64,000 nt of DNA from Catajapyx aquilonaris (taxonomy: Eukaryota): the NCBI GenBank assembly GCA_000934665.2, contig KZ538055.1, forward strand, positions 1-64,000. Direction: 5' to 3'. Numbering within the stretch: the first letter of the stretch is position 1; the number at the start of each line of letters is the position of its first letter. The notes under the pieces were generated by a model, which saw nothing but the letters and a program-made list of their open reading frames with translations, did not search any database and was not told the origin of the DNA. Position numbers and translations under genes: made by a program. Below are positions 23,106 to 37,768 of this stretch, one piece after another.

Positions 23106-26100
23106 GTATGTGAATTGCTGAGAGTGAATATTCGGGGGGTTTGGAGTAATTGCACGTGTTGAAATGGGCAACAGGTGGTGCAGTGCTCCAACTTGCGGGA
23201 TGTTGTTCATCCTAGCAACCTGTTTAATAAGGAAGCAACAATCTGGTTAAAATGGTTGCTCGATCGTTGGACTTGTGCCTGCCCCATATTGTTTGATTTG
23301 TGTGACTCCTTCGATTGGTGGCCCCCCCAATCACTGAATGAATGGTCTTGTGCGATTGCTGACTGCCTCCTTGGGTCTTGGCCGGTCATTCCCCTCGCCC
23401 TCGATCTCTCCTCGAGTGTGTATCACGTTCTTGAGACACTATCACACTTCTTGCACCATTCAGCCATTTTACCCTTGGCCAGCAGCCCCCTCGGATGTGG
23501 GACATGAATGTCGCTCGTTATTGTTTCAAAGCGTGACTCTACTTTTCGCCATTGATGGCACACCGGGGGGGAGGGTGTTGCGTAATTGACTTCACGGTGA
23601 CGTAATCCTCCAAGAGAGGTCAGTGGACCAAATCTGGCCTGGAGAAGAAAAGAGGAGTCCCTTTTTGCGGGGGAAGCCGTACCATTGACCTTTCAAGTGG
23701 TGGGTTTCGTCGAGCTTGCAAAATAATACTCTCGCGGCCAGACACATGACAGCCTTGGGGAGACCAGCTGAAAGTGAAGCTCACCCGGTCTACTATACTC
23801 TAACAGGGGTATGCAAGGCAGCTAGCTAGTTTGGGTTGGTTGAGAGATAGCACGAGGCAGCCTCAAAAAGTGAAAGTCCTGGAGGCCCCCCCCCCCCCCT
23901 TTTCTTCAGGGAGAGAGCTTCTGGACGGATTAGATCATCTCGATGCCCGATCGGTCCAGCTTCCTGTTCATTGCAAGGGCAGAGGAGCAGGCCAGCCAAA
24001 ATTAATGGAAATGCAGGCCGGACGACAATGCACAAATTTGCAATATTTAAACTGGGGCGTCTTGCTGCATTGGGACTCATAAATATTAAGTTCGCACAAT
24101 TTGTATTCAGAATTTTTTATGGGTCTCCCCACGCCAATTACTCGAAACGTAAACAAATTAATATGCTTCACTCATTCATAACTTCATTAATTGCATCCTT
24201 CTGAAAACTTGAAGTTTGTGTTTACAGTTTACTCGGCAGTTGATCGTAGCAGCATTTAAATACTTCATTTTCATTTAATGCCCTTTAAAATCCTGTTGAC
24301 TATTCATGCGCAGTACGGTTCTCTCTCTCTCTTTGTGTGTGTGTGTATGCAAGGCGATTACCGGTATCGGGTCTTTTTATCTCACATCCGGTTGATATAA
24401 CATGGGCCATTTTTGCTTTCAAATTTTTCCAAGAGGCTTCCAACTGACCCCAGCACGAAGCATCTGGCTACCGGAATTTTTCAAGTTTTCCTAGATGCAA
24501 ATTGGCCACGCTAAAATACAGTATTAAAGTTTCCTCGCTTGGCACATGATACCTTCCTCTTTTTATCCGGATTTTTTTTTTCGAACTAAAAAAAAAGTGG
24601 CGTCGTGAAAACCAGTGCAAGTGTCGCCCCATCATTCAAACACCCCTCTTTCCAGAATTGGTTTCTAGAAAACTGATTGTAAAGTAGGTGTTAACGGATC
24701 CCCTTGGGAACTTGGGGGATGTGCATAATAATGGATGGACTAAAAAAAAGCATCAACCTTTTCCTCTCAAAAAAATTTGAGGGGTCCTATGAGGTCATAA
24801 AGGATCAGTGAGACCGACGGAACAGGTTCCTTTTTTAAAGAGGGGGGGGGGGGTTAGGACAATTTTTTGGTTCCCTCCTCCTCCTCCTCGACAAGTAGGT
24901 TGGAACTCGATGTCAACTGGAAAATGGCGTAATAAACCGAGCAACCTTCTGCTGGGATTACAAAACAGTGCTCGAGCCTGCTAACCGGATGTGTGAGTTT
25001 TAAGATAGGGCTTGCTTGGGAGGGAGAGAGAGGTGGTGGTCACCCTGGTTTGGGGTCGAGGTCACAGAGGTTGCTTCCGGGTGTCCTTAAGTTTCGGCCA
25101 TATCCTTGAGACCCGATCGTGATTAGGTTCATCGCAGGACTATTAATACCTTAGTCATGCTGGATTGGCGATATCTTCGGGGCCGATCGCTTCTATACAG
25201 GTATATGGGTGGGAAAATTGCGATTTTTATTTTGCGTATTGGTAGCTGCTAGTGCTGGCGCAGGAAGTGGCCAAAAAATTCCATCGAACCAGTGACTCCC
25301 GGCGTTACGCCGTAAGTAATGTCGCAGCGAATTTTGCGGGTAAGGAAGTTGTGGGCTGTCGATAAGAGTGTATTGGACTACCGCCAAGGACGTTATGCAA
25401 ATGAGGATTGGAAAACCGAACAAATTAGAGTGGGCACCCGGGGCTTACCTGCCCTTGAGGGAGAGAGAGCCACTGACCATCCGCGTTCGGTTTTCTTCGT
25501 CTGTGACCCACTTTGGCCTGAATGTCCCTGACAGCTCGGCAAAGCAGATCAAAACATTGGCTTATTATTATTACAGGTCGGGGCGAATGAAGAATGCAAC
25601 TAAATAATGGCCTCCATGAAGGCTGCCATATACGACCTCTGTATATACAGGGCAGGGTCGAAGGTTAGGTCAGCGCCCCATTGGTGGCTGGGACGTACCA
25701 TTCTGTATAGTTTTGTCGGAATTTTACGAGATCCCTTTTTTGGGGCTCGATCTGAACGACCTTCCCAACGGGGACGTGCACACACATTACGTGCCAAAGC
25801 ACCCAAAAGAAAAAGAAAATTCCAGCCACGCGAGGTCGGATCTAAGGTCAGGGAAGGCCCCTGAGTGACCAGCAGCGCTATTCTTGGTTGGGGGGGAGAT
25901 GTTTAAAAAAAAAAAAACGTCAGGATTGTGGATGATTTGGATGATTGCCCCCTGCTTGAGGCCGTGGCCCCTTATCCAATCTAGGGGAACGTGAAGCCAT
26001 GCCAGGCGCTCAAGGGCTAATCTCCGCTAACTCGATCCGGATCCAACTTTCAATTGACACGAAACCGTTTTTTTTAAAAAAAGAAAACACGAATAAAAGG

Positions 26101-26913
26101 GGCTAAAAATGAGCGCAACAGCTGCGTTTCCAATATGCGTCACAGTGGAGCCAACAGCTCAAAAATAACGCGAAATATTAGTGTGTTAACCCAGTTTTGC
26201 ATCTGCCATATTTGGCAAGAAATGAATGAGTGGCCTACAGCTGGCGTGGAAGGGACGTTTCCTGCTCCTTCCGACCTACTATCCCGGAAGTCAAGAGTTG
26301 CGATTATCTACAGACATTCCTTGGGATTCAACCGGTAACAAAGAAGTGGAAGGGAGGGGGGGGGAGTTGGGGAGAGGGGGAAAAAATGGCGGATTCCTGA
26401 AGGCATTTAGTGCCATGCGGTAGTGGTGCCCAAGGTGTGAGGTTTGATTCGTTGGCCTGCCCTGTCTCCAAATGCCGAGCATCTCTAGCGAGAAGTTATG
26501 CGGCCTTCGAGGTTGCACATGTTTTCAGGCCTTTCACTGGCCCGGAACGAATTAGGCAGGCCGAGGGAAAGAGGTGGTGGGGTGGGGGAGTTGAAAAGAA
26601 GGGGGGGGGGGGGGGAAAGAAAGAAAGAAGAAAAAAAATGAAGGAAAGTTGGGTTATCCACGTGCCTTTCCGTGTTACAATTTCTTGCGGGCGCGAACGA
26701 GTTATTGGCATGTAAGGTATAGGCGGATAAAAAATGCATACAAATTACACGTGCGGTTGAAGGAAATTGTTAAAAAATTTATGGCTACGTAATATTATAG
26801 CCGTTGGCAAAATAACCTGGGGGCATTTCAAAAAAAAAAATATTGAGAAGGAAATGCTGCTTTAATTGATTAGGGTGTCAACTTATACGAGATTAATTTA
26901 AGAGCTGGTTCTG

Positions 26914-27099
26914 TACAGGGTGGCGCACTGTCCAAGTATGCCCAATAGGCAGGGTAATTTTGTGCTTTTCTTTACCCTAGAAACCAAGCAGGTATCAGAT
27001 TGTGATTGTTGCTTCTATGCAAGTACGCGGCTGGGTAACTTGTAACAATTTATTCCATTGCCCCATGATCCGAGGGCTTGGCCGGTGCACGACCCTGTA
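26914..27099. mobile_element. Tc1/mariner-type MITE (182 bp) with TA target-site duplications
   Basis: TA|CAGGGTGGCGCACTGTCCAAG ... CTTGGCCGGTGCACGACCCTG|TA; the termini match at 19 of 23 positions including the TA. Confidence 0.7.
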
Positions 27100-30000
27100 A
27101 GTTTCTATCGAAGTAGGTACTTGGATGCATCTTGTTTTGCCATGGCCTAGCAGTCGTAAAACCGGTTCTAAGCCAGTGTCATTGCATCATAGATGGCCTA
27201 ATCCCATCTCGGGACAATCTGAAGTTGTTGTTTCTTTGGCCGCCTGTAATTTAATAGACAATGGAAAAGGCCACTCAAAAATCGTTTAGATGCTTTTGCT
27301 GGTTACATGATCCAAATATTCCAGTGCTGATAAAATTTATTGATAATCGTGGGTTGATTTATGCCCTGTCTACACGAAGGGGTTGGGTAAAAAGATGGAT
27401 TGTTCACCTCTAGCTACCACAAGGAATGAAGCCATCTCCTACTACTGGAAGAATCATATTTGTTCGTCCATGGGTGCCAATACTGCATTTACCAAGTTGG
27501 AAGGCCTTCAACAATGCCTTGACGTGACAAATACGGTGTTGACAATCCAACCTCAATTAATGTGTAAATAGCTGCCTAATGCTGAGATATTGCCACCTCG
27601 CTGTTTACGTTGATGCAATTTCGCGAACGAGTTTGAATTTATGTACACAACAATATTGTGCCCATCCGCGATGAAGTCAGCCGGTTATTTTCAGAAGTAC
27701 GTCCCAGGAATAAACCGGCCGTTTTTTTTTCAATTATTAGCAAACACTGGCCACCTTGATTCCAAGCTTGTATGCAAAAATCCGCGCAGAGTAAAAAGGA
27801 CGCCTGGTCACCTATTTAGATGTTCCCTCGAAGGACACCCCGATTCTAACTTGGTAGTGCTGCTGGTTAGACAGGGCTGGACCAGTCTCGAGATATATAG
27901 GACCCCAACCAGCAGCCAGAGCTAATCCTTCATCTTTTAGCCATGTAATAAATAAGTGGACGGCCGGATCCTTGGGGGCCGCTGCATCCACATGAAAGGT
28001 GTTGCTATCAAGGTGACTGATCATAAATCAATAACCTTGTAGCTCTGGAGATTTTTTTTATTTAAAAAATTTGTTGTGTGTGTAGTTTGCCCCCGCATTT
28101 CCTCCATGCCGATGATATAATCCTCCCGGGGTCTCTCTTTGTTGGTTTTTTTTTGTTGTTGCTTCTTTTCCTCCTCTACCCCAGTTTGGTGTCAGTCGTT
28201 GCCCTCCGCTGTACCGTTACCTCCACTGCCAGGTTGTTGAACCTATATTCCATTGCTGGAGGCCACGGGATGGCCTACTCTGCAACGCCGAGGCTGCTGC
28301 GGCTTCTTCTTCTTCATTCCCCTCCGGACTGCCCACAGACCCTTACCACCCCCCCTCGGCCCAATGGCCTGCCGAAGCTCATTTTAAAATGAAAATAACT
28401 CCCATTGTTGCATGCACGCCATTTTAGAGCAAAAAAAGAGACCACCTTTTGGTTTCGAAATAACAGGTATTCCAGAAAATGAGGGGGGCCGTATTTGCAA
28501 AACCGGGATTTTAGATATAGAAAACAGCAGAGTGCCCAACAGCTGGTTATCTGGCTGCAACGCCAGGTGCGTTGCGTAATGATCATTTGCATAACTCCCC
28601 GGACATGTGTACTATAAGCTAGGGGAAATTCTTCTGGTTGTCCAGATTACATGACAAATGGATGCACAACCAGGAGTTGACACTATCTCTTGGCCTCGGA
28701 AGTGCAAATGCCAAAACAGTGATCATTCTCTCACAGTGCTCCGGACACACTGGAGCGTGAAGCGAATAAAAAAAAACTATTTGAACTCTTTGCACCGAGA
28801 CGCAACCGGTTTTGTTGTTGTTGTTCTGTACACTCATGACCTGTCTTGTTTCTCTTTCAAAGGTGCTGAAGACATTCGCGGCCAACACCATGGTGCCACC
28901 CGCCAGGTCAGGGGTCATCTTCATCCGATCCTGGGAAGAACGTAAGAACTGCAGGTACGTACAGGTGATCCAACATCACATTATATTATAGTTAACATTA
29001 CATTCAATGTACTTCTTACATTTCCAGGAGTAAACAACAACATGTCCTGATGAGCCACAACTGCATATTTTCTTGCATTTAGAGATGAATGGACACAAAA
29101 AAAAAAATGTTGGCACGAGTGGAGGGGACCAATGTCGACCAGATTCGGCGGCGATTGTGGACTATGGATGACCTGACTCGACTATCATAGTGTGTTTTTT
29201 TTCTAAAATATATATAAAAAGGTGTAGATAATAGGGCCTACACTTGTACAAAAGACTGATGATCCTGGTGACACCGTTGTGTAAGTTACCAAACCTCCCA
29301 AATCTCAATCCTTTTCCCCTCATCCGTATACCCATACCCGCCCCCATAAAAAGTTACATGTTATCAGGTTGCAACAGGGTGACTTGCCTTCAGATCTATT
29401 GTTTATTTTTTACTTTTCACCAGGTAGAAAAAATGCAATATTTTTTATTTATGATTTGTAGCCGTTTTATTTTTCCACGAAGATGCTCAAGAAAATAAAA
29501 TAACAATCGACTTAGAGAAAGAGAGCTCCAGTGAGAGTGAGAGAGAGAGAAAGAGAGAGAGAGTAAACACCAACAGCTTGGTTTACAATCAACAAGAAGT
29601 GTCACATTGGTGGCACCATAATAATGGATAATAATTTTAATAATATGCAAAATATACTGTATCAAAATGTGGTACCGTGCGATCATTGCAATATCGACAT
29701 CTGTGATATAACAATCCCCTAACTTAAGGTCTTAATCAAAGCCAACTGATCAACAAAACAAAAAATATTTTTTTGAAACAAATTTTGCGACTCTTTCTTT
29801 GCGGTGTCCGAATTTGTTTAGACAGCACCAATCTGCTATTACCTTAACCAGTGTTCGATGAAGTTGATGTGCGGTGTTTACTGTATAAATTTGAAAGGTT
29901 TATATTGGGAGAAAATAGGAAGTCTACTTGACACAAAAATGTAACACTAGGTGCAAGTTTTTTTCTGTATTTTTTTTCTTTTCCTTTTTTTGCTGGGAGT

Positions 30001-33000
30001 TGTGTTTCCAAGCGAATCTTCCAATCCCTGAAAAGAGGAGACGATGCGATGCGAAATGTTTGTATTTTAAATATACTTAATATTAGCAAAAAAAAGCATT
30101 TTCTAATTTTAATCCCACTATTTTCCCCGAGTTCTATTTTTTGCCTGCTATTTAACTTCCTTTCGCTAATAATAATACCATACGGAGATAAAAAAAGCTT
30201 CCTGCTGCAGTTGGAAACCTTCACAAGGTAAGTGTGAGGACAGGTTAGATCCCAAGGTAATAAAGAAAAGATCAGCCTTATTCGCAACAATATGCTTGTT
30301 GCAGGCGGGTGCATGGAAGTAATGACCAGTTGCAAGAGTGGTGGTTAAATACCAATAGTTGATCAATGATTCAGTTTCTTGCTGCTAAACTGCGATGGGC
30401 TGTACCTTCGTGCGTGTCTTGCATGTACATTGATTGATTGATTGATATTGAGGTTTTATGGCACAAGTTGCACTCCCAAGTCCACAGTTCAAGATCTGAT
30501 GTAGCCTGATTACAATTAGGTTTTTGTCTCACCCTTGCACATGCACTGCTGCAGCAACACACGCTCTGAAATGCACGCCCTTGGACCTTTCATGCTCAAA
30601 CATCAATTTTCGTATGATTGAAAGCCGGAATATTTTTCATCGCGAATTATTGTGAAGGTCCAAGTAGTTGTTGTGTTACTCCTAAGGATGCAATGGAACT
30701 TTCACCGCTGAATAACCTTAATTGGATCAATTGGATTCGACCTCTTTCAATCAAGGTGCGGTTTTCAGACTGCAATTCAACAGGCGCCGTCTGATTTTTT
30801 TAAAAAATAAGAAAAAGTGATAAACAGCTCTGGTTGTATGCTGCCGTCTGTTATACTGACATGAGAACAATATACGATATTTCGACATAAAAAAAATTCT
30901 TTTGGTGCAAACACCTTGGCTTTGGGCCACGCTGCTCACTGGTGTTGAAGGAAATTAACAGTCGATTCAGGGTCATCAGACCTGTTCGACTCAATTGCTC
31001 ATTGTCGCGAATGCATATAGGGGGTATTATAACATGTGTACACTGAATGGACTGATGCTGAGACCCAAGGCACTGGCAAAAGCGTGCTCCACATTGCGTC
31101 ATCACTCTCCCCAGAAGAGGTGTGTCTGCCTCAGACAAACTGGGGATTATTTTGGTGACAGTGTTTTTATCACTCTTATCATCAGGACATCGACATGTCC
31201 AATTAGTGAAATCATTTCCTTATGAGACACACTCTGTCAGTAATTATTATGAGAAAAGCTGGCAAGTTATCTCTCCAATTCCAGCAGTGTGTGAAAACGC
31301 TTCTCAATCGCGATATTATTATGGCTATGCCTAACACAATTGGAATATTTAATTGAATAAATTGCTGCATTTTCTAGTGTAATTTAAAAAAATTATGTAC
31401 GGAGCTCACTCTGGCGTGGGTTCTTGGAGGTTACTACTATTAAAATTCATATGCTGAATCCATTTGCGCAGGGTATATAGAGGCCTACACATTAATGCAC
31501 AGTCAGGTGGCTTTATTTTGCAAAGTATAGCTGGACATATTCTTACGACAATAATGCGGTCCGCCCTTGCAAGGACAGGATCGAATTGCAAATTATCTGA
31601 TTTTGCAATATAGGGCCTATACAAATAGGATTAAAACGCACGTGCGATGTGGCGGAAATAACTTCCTACAGTTGCGTCGTTCGATCTTTGCATCAGTGCA
31701 GCAATAATGCAAAAACCATAGTTTATTTTTGACTTGTTCTGATATAGAGGCACCCCACCTGAACCGGCATTGAAAGCATCGACTCATCGACATGCAATTA
31801 GCATTCCTGCGAGTAAAATGGTGTGTCCTTGCCCAGCACCAGGACACACCATAGGAGGGCACCGAGGTCATCATCGCAGCAGCGCACTGGAATGCCACAC
31901 ATTCCGATGCACTTCTGGCTGAGCAATATTTCCTCATTGCCCTACATACATAGTGTGATCCTAAGAATAATTGGGCGTGAAGGCCACCCACCTCCGATCA
32001 CTTCTGTAGACACACGTGCTGCGATCACACGATGCCGGCCATACCGGTACGTCCATTTACTTTTCATGTAATTACGCTGGCTCCTGCTGCTTCCTGATCA
32101 TTTCTCTCTGGTCCTGTTCGGGTAATGGAATAATCGCAAATTGATCACGTGGACGCTCACTGCTCGATTTTATGACCTGGTAATAAATACTTTGTATAAC
32201 CGGCGCGACCAGGGGGTATGAACATAGGGCAGGGTTGACCTCCCCTTATTATATACACGGCACAAAAATTGCAACTTGGTTTCCGCGAGGACAACACTTA
32301 TCTTGCTCTGTTGGGAGCTAATTAAAAGAATGTGTTTGTCTGGCCACTGAATACACCACAGCATCAGCAATGGTCGTGCGCACCAGCAAATAATCTCCCC
32401 ACAAGGTTTCTGATCCAACAAAAGCAGGGTTTGACCCTGATTGCTTGGTTGCCTGATCACGAGCCGGAGATAAGATGCATATTATTGGGTGGTCCGGAAT
32501 TCACCGGAAGTACACACATTCTCTTCATGGAAAAGAAAAGGTGGGCACGACTTTGAAGCCGGTACTATATAGGAACTGGCGTATGTTCCGAGTAATTAGG
32601 GGCTAAAATTAGATGTCCAATTAGCGATATGCGGCTTGTGGCACTGGTTTCGACGAAAAGGGAAACCGCGGAGATTACGGTATGGAAATGACGGCATTTG
32701 GGATAATCGCTAATCATACAAACATGAGATTGACTAATGCGGCCTGGGGAGAAAGGTTCGGACATATGACCCGGTGCACATGCAGCTGCGTATTTCATGT
32801 GTACGGACACTTAGAGGGCACGACAATTTCACCTATTGGGGCCCGGCAACAGAATAACTTCGGGTACTAACGTCATCAGAAGACTACTAATATATTGACG
32901 AATTTCTGCCGACAATATCACTGGCATTTCAAGCATATAAAATCATTAAAAACCTCTCGAAATCACTATTGAAAAACAGGCTTGTTTACAGCTATATTGC

Positions 33001-34748
33001 CACGATATGATGCAACTACAGCGGGGAAGTGTGTTGTTAACCTTACAACGCTCATGTAATGCAGGAATTATACTGCCTGAAATACATTACCTCTCACGAT
33101 TGCGTTAGTCGCGCAGTGCTTTCAAGGTTAAGACAGAATGTTCTCGCTACTCACTATATTAATACGAAGTACCACAAGTGGCGGTGCTCTTTCCGAGGAC
33201 TGATGGAGTATACCTTTTTGCACTCAATATTTACGCTCACAATCAGTCGAGCTCCTGGCAGTTATGCAACTCACAATGCAACCTGCAAAAAAGTGCAAAA
33301 AAAGGTGCAAATATTCCGCACCGCACGTCTTATCCTGTACGAAAGTCAAGACGCAAGTTAATCTGAAGTAATTTTTTGCGTTTTGAATATCTCACACTTG
33401 GTATATTTTCCTTATAAGGATTGGTATTACAACTAGGCCACGATGCAATAAAATAAATTACGCACATGCATACTGTATAATAAACAAGCCTTCCAAATAT
33501 TCACGTCTTGTGATTCAAGGGCGAAGAGAAAGGACAGCTTTTTTTTGATCACGTGTTAGTCATAACCCTTTGCATCCAGACTTTAATACCGCGATGCCAA
33601 CCTTTTTTTTGATACCGGTTTTATTTAGAGTCTGGCTGTGTGTTTCTGGAGCGGAGGAATTGTGGCAGCAAGGTGAACGTGAATGTAAAGGAAACTATAA
33701 ATCAAACGACAGGGTGAGGTGGGGTGGGGTGAACTATATATTTTTTAAAGTTGTCTTGTCTTTTTGCATTGACACTGTTCTCCAAAGTGGACATGATTTG
33801 TTGATGTCATTGATATTGAATTGAAAGTTGCTGCCTTTATTATTATTCATTCGAGGCGGATCCACATACTCGTATTTTATGATCATGTATAAGCATCGAT
33901 TAGTTTTCAGAAGGTGTCGATTGCCTTTTGCAAATTACTGATCCCGCTATTTACGATGTGCCAAGTCATGCGGATTTATTGGCATGCTTTCTGTGCCTCG
34001 CTGAGATTTATCAGCATGCTCTTGTTAATTGGATTTTGCCAGCGCGTTTCTTTCGTTGTCATAATCATGTTATGTTTGCTTTTGCAATGTTTATGAAAAT
34101 AATCTCACGATTCTGTTGCTGTTAATTAATTTTCAGTGTCGATCTGTATAAGCACGAAGGTTTGTTGCATATCTCATTGGAGTAGAGGAAATTGTTTACT
34201 CTGGCAGTCAATGTAATGATACACATTGTTGGCAACTGCTGACTCCGCCCTTTCTTTTTTTCACGCCAAATCGTACAGCAGTACATTAACCTTCCCTGTC
34301 GAGATCTCTCAGTCGGAGTAAACCAATATACCGACCTGAAAAGCGATACGTATACAACACGAGTGCTCTGATTACGTCGGCTGAATCCGAATGTTCAATA
34401 GGAAGTGTGGCCGCAGGACATAATTTGTGACGAGAGTCATCGCCTTGAATTAATTTCCTGCATTACATCTCAAGGCTGATGAGCCCTGTTGGCAGCCTCA
34501 GAGCCTACCCACCATTACAACAGAGGTCTGCCATTCTGACAGGAAAGGCTGTACACACACTCACACAATACATGCTTATACACCTGCCATGGGTCCATCC
34601 ATAGTATACATGGGCGAGACAATGCCGTTTTTACATAAGCGCAGATTGGATCATGACCTGGCACAAAAATACAGGCGAGGGAAAGGAAAAGAGCCTAGTC
34701 ACCGAATTTTGGGGCCTTTTTATTATACACAGGGTGGTACGGTGCCCA

Positions 34749-37700
34749 TTAATCGTCTCTGAATCGGAAGTCTAGGGCGGTGCTGAGCTTCCTCCAGAAC
34801 CGGAGCAGAGACATGTTGAAGGCCTCCTCAGGCAGGTACGGACAAGGCATGTCGCACGTACCCTCTCCGGAACCTTGCTCCATTGCTCGAAGGTACCGGT
34901 AGAATCGACTGGCCTCCTCCGCTTTCACTTGGGCTCGGTTCACCCTGAAAGGACGGACCAAGCACAATTACATCAGCACTGGACTCTCCCCCTCTCAAAA
35001 CCCCCAAAAACAGCCAGAAGGAAAAAGTGACCATTCCCTCTCTAGCCCCCCTCCTCAAAAAAAAAAGGACCCCCTCCTTCGTTTCCTCTTTTCAAGGCTG
35101 CAAAGGTACCGAAATTTTTCTTTGACACCACCCCACCCACCCCAAAACCCCAAGAGAGAGAGAGAGAGAGAGAGGTCTTCGCCCTCTTGTTTGTAACCCT
35201 GACCTTCAAGGGAGGGAAGAAGCCGGGACAAGACCTCGGAGAAGAAGAATTGGGGGAACCCTCCTCCTCCAAAGAGGAAGGAAGGAAGGAAGGAAGGAAG
35301 AGGAACCTTCCTCAAGTTCGAGCGGGAAAACATCTCCAGGCACTCACTCCAGACGCTTGAAAATTATCTCGCTGATTGGGTAGTACTTCTCCGGATCCAC
35401 AGACATCTCGCATATTATACGCTGCTGGCAGGTGTCTTCCGGAATCTGAAAAAAATGTGAATCCCAGAATTTTTTAAAAAGGAGACAATATCCATAATAG
35501 AGACAAGTTGACCTTGATCGTCAGTCAAATATGTATAGGAAACCTGCCAGGTCATTTGACTTGCGTAAAATGAGAGTGTAGCCAAAATATTTTTAGAATA
35601 TTCGCTGAGTGAGAGTGACTGGTTGCGGTTCTTGTGACTTCTCGACATGTGGACAAGCTGGTAAAGTGCACCAAAAACAATCCTCATGCTTCAAGGCCTT
35701 CCCCACAAGAATGGGGTTACAAGTGCTACAGGGTGGTCCTGTAATGCATAACAAAACGGTGTACACTCTCGCTCTCCATCTGCCCAAATGTCCCAACTGC
35801 TTTTGGAAGAAAAAAAGAAAAAAAAATGTGGGGTCAACGACCGGGCAGAGTGGTTGGTGGCAAAGGTGCAACATCGTCTGCTTCTGGAGGAGAAGAAGAG
35901 AGAGAGACCCCCTTCGACCAATGAATGGGGGCTCACAAAGCAAAAAGATAGTCATCCTTATCTATACACAGAATAATAAGGATAGAAAGAGGAGGAGGGG
36001 TGTTGGACAGATATTTTTTTTGTCAATATTTTTTTGGGGGAGGAGTGTGTGTTGTTGTTTTTTAAAATATCTTGGAGGGGGAAGCTTCTCAAGTTCTGTC
36101 ATGGAAAAAAAAGTGCGTGACTGCAAGTTCTCCCTCGAAGATGTAAGATTATCGGCTTTTTTATCCTGCTAGGATTAATAGGCCTGTTTCCACAACTGCG
36201 TTTTTATTCAAATGTATGTGTAGCACCCGGGAAATTTTTTTACACTGGATAATATATCGAAATAAAAATCCACGATCAGATTTTTCGGTCCAATATTATA
36301 GACAGCTGTCAATTCGAAAACGGCCGATTTCCCAGAGAAATGTTATAATTATCCACTCAAAAACTGATAAGGCTCGAAACCCCAATTACCAGGCGAGGTC
36401 GCTGGTTGTAACCAGTTTTATGACCGTCACTTGTCGCTTAAACTATCATTAGCACCTCTTAAGAGTGGTAGCGTAGGCTTTCAAGTCGCCCGTAATTCAT
36501 TGGCGGGGGCTTTTCGAAAGGAGAGAAAAAAAAAGTTTAAACAATTAGGCGTTGATTTCATTATCCCTGGAAGACTTGTCATAATTTCTTGCCAGCTCGA
36601 AAAGAGCCGTGCACTCTGCCAAGGACTCGAGTGCAACACGGTCACAAATAAAGCGAGTTATTGTTCGGGTGACGTGTCCGGTTGTCACCACTCTTTGTGG
36701 GTGATTGGTTGGGGGGTGGTGAAACAGAAAGGCTAGAGAGAAAAAGGTGGGTGGTTTTTAGTCGGTCGGAGTGGGTTGGGTGATGGCCTGCTGTTGTGAA
36801 GAGAAGGTCTTCCGAGGCCGTGGTTTAAGAGTGAGAGCGAAAAAAGGAGGAAGGTAACATACACACAAAAGGAAACCAAGAACTACTAGGGACCGAATAT
36901 CTCAAGGGCGAGTTGGGCAAGGTCAAAGGTTCCGATTGTTTGCGAGCTGTTATTCAGACAGGTGAATTTCTGACCTGCAGGTAGTCGAAGTAAGTTGTGA
37001 GTCTGTCCAACTCCACAGTGTACGAGGGGTCGTCGTAGCTGTCCACAGGGGGGTCAGAGGTCACGGGCTGGACGTCCCGTCTGTATCGCTTGCTGAAGTT
37101 TGGTAGGATAAATGACAGCGGGATTGTCACCAGCAGACCTGCAATAATTATTTTCTTTCCGTCAAGTAGTGCGTGTCATTACACCTGTGTAGGAGTCTTT
37201 CAAAAAATTGTCCTTGGCCGATCCTGTAATAATATTGATGTCACCGGCTGCCCACGTTATTGAAGCTGACACCCAGTCGAAATTAGGTTTTTCCCAGTCC
37301 AGCATGGTTACATGCAGAGATGTATCTTTTGCAGCATCAGAGAAGGTTAACCGGCTGACTGGTGCTACCGGACCGGAGTTTTTTTATTCTTTTTTTGCAA
37401 GCTGTGATTCGCCAAAGACCTTGCCAAAAGTCCTCCTCTCACTCGACTGGGACAGGAATTATTGCAATAGTGCAACAAACACCAGGCGGTGAAGCATTGG
37501 CCGCCCACATTACAAGTACCTACATTTCCGCCATAATTGCTTTGTATGTACAGTGGTTATGAATGGCCGCGGCCTTGGAAGGAACTTTTTTTTTTGCAAC
37601 TCGTAACTCAGTGCACAATAATGCATCGGGTGAATGAAGCCTACCAATGTCAATCGGCGCCTCGGTGTTGAAGTAGACGAACCGCTTTTGACGGTGACGA

Positions 37701-37768
37701 CCTTTCTCAGATGATGTGACAGGGATGATGCTCAGGCAGGTCACCAACAGGATGCTGCAAAAGTTCAT
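34749..37768 (-). CDS. Secreted DM4/DM12-like cysteine-domain protein, 193 aa; exons 37768-37645, 37138-36975, 35445-35348, 34944-34749
   Basis: Three phase-compatible GT-AG introns. The protein has a signal peptide MNFCSILLVTCLSIIPVTSS, then RQKR-FVYFNTEAPIDIGLLVTIPLSF, a second basic site KRYRR, and a domain ELDRLTTYFDYLQIPEDTCQQRIICEMSVDPEKYYPISE...SRFYRYLRAMEQG...C...CP. The exon structure is firm; the family label is by eye. Confidence 0.82.

Noticed and set aside
25640..25850. Minus-strand TFDPALY and TLDPTSR look-alikes
   Set aside because: Neither completes LDPTGxY-stop or sits in a short ATG-initiated ORF; both are consistent with chance.
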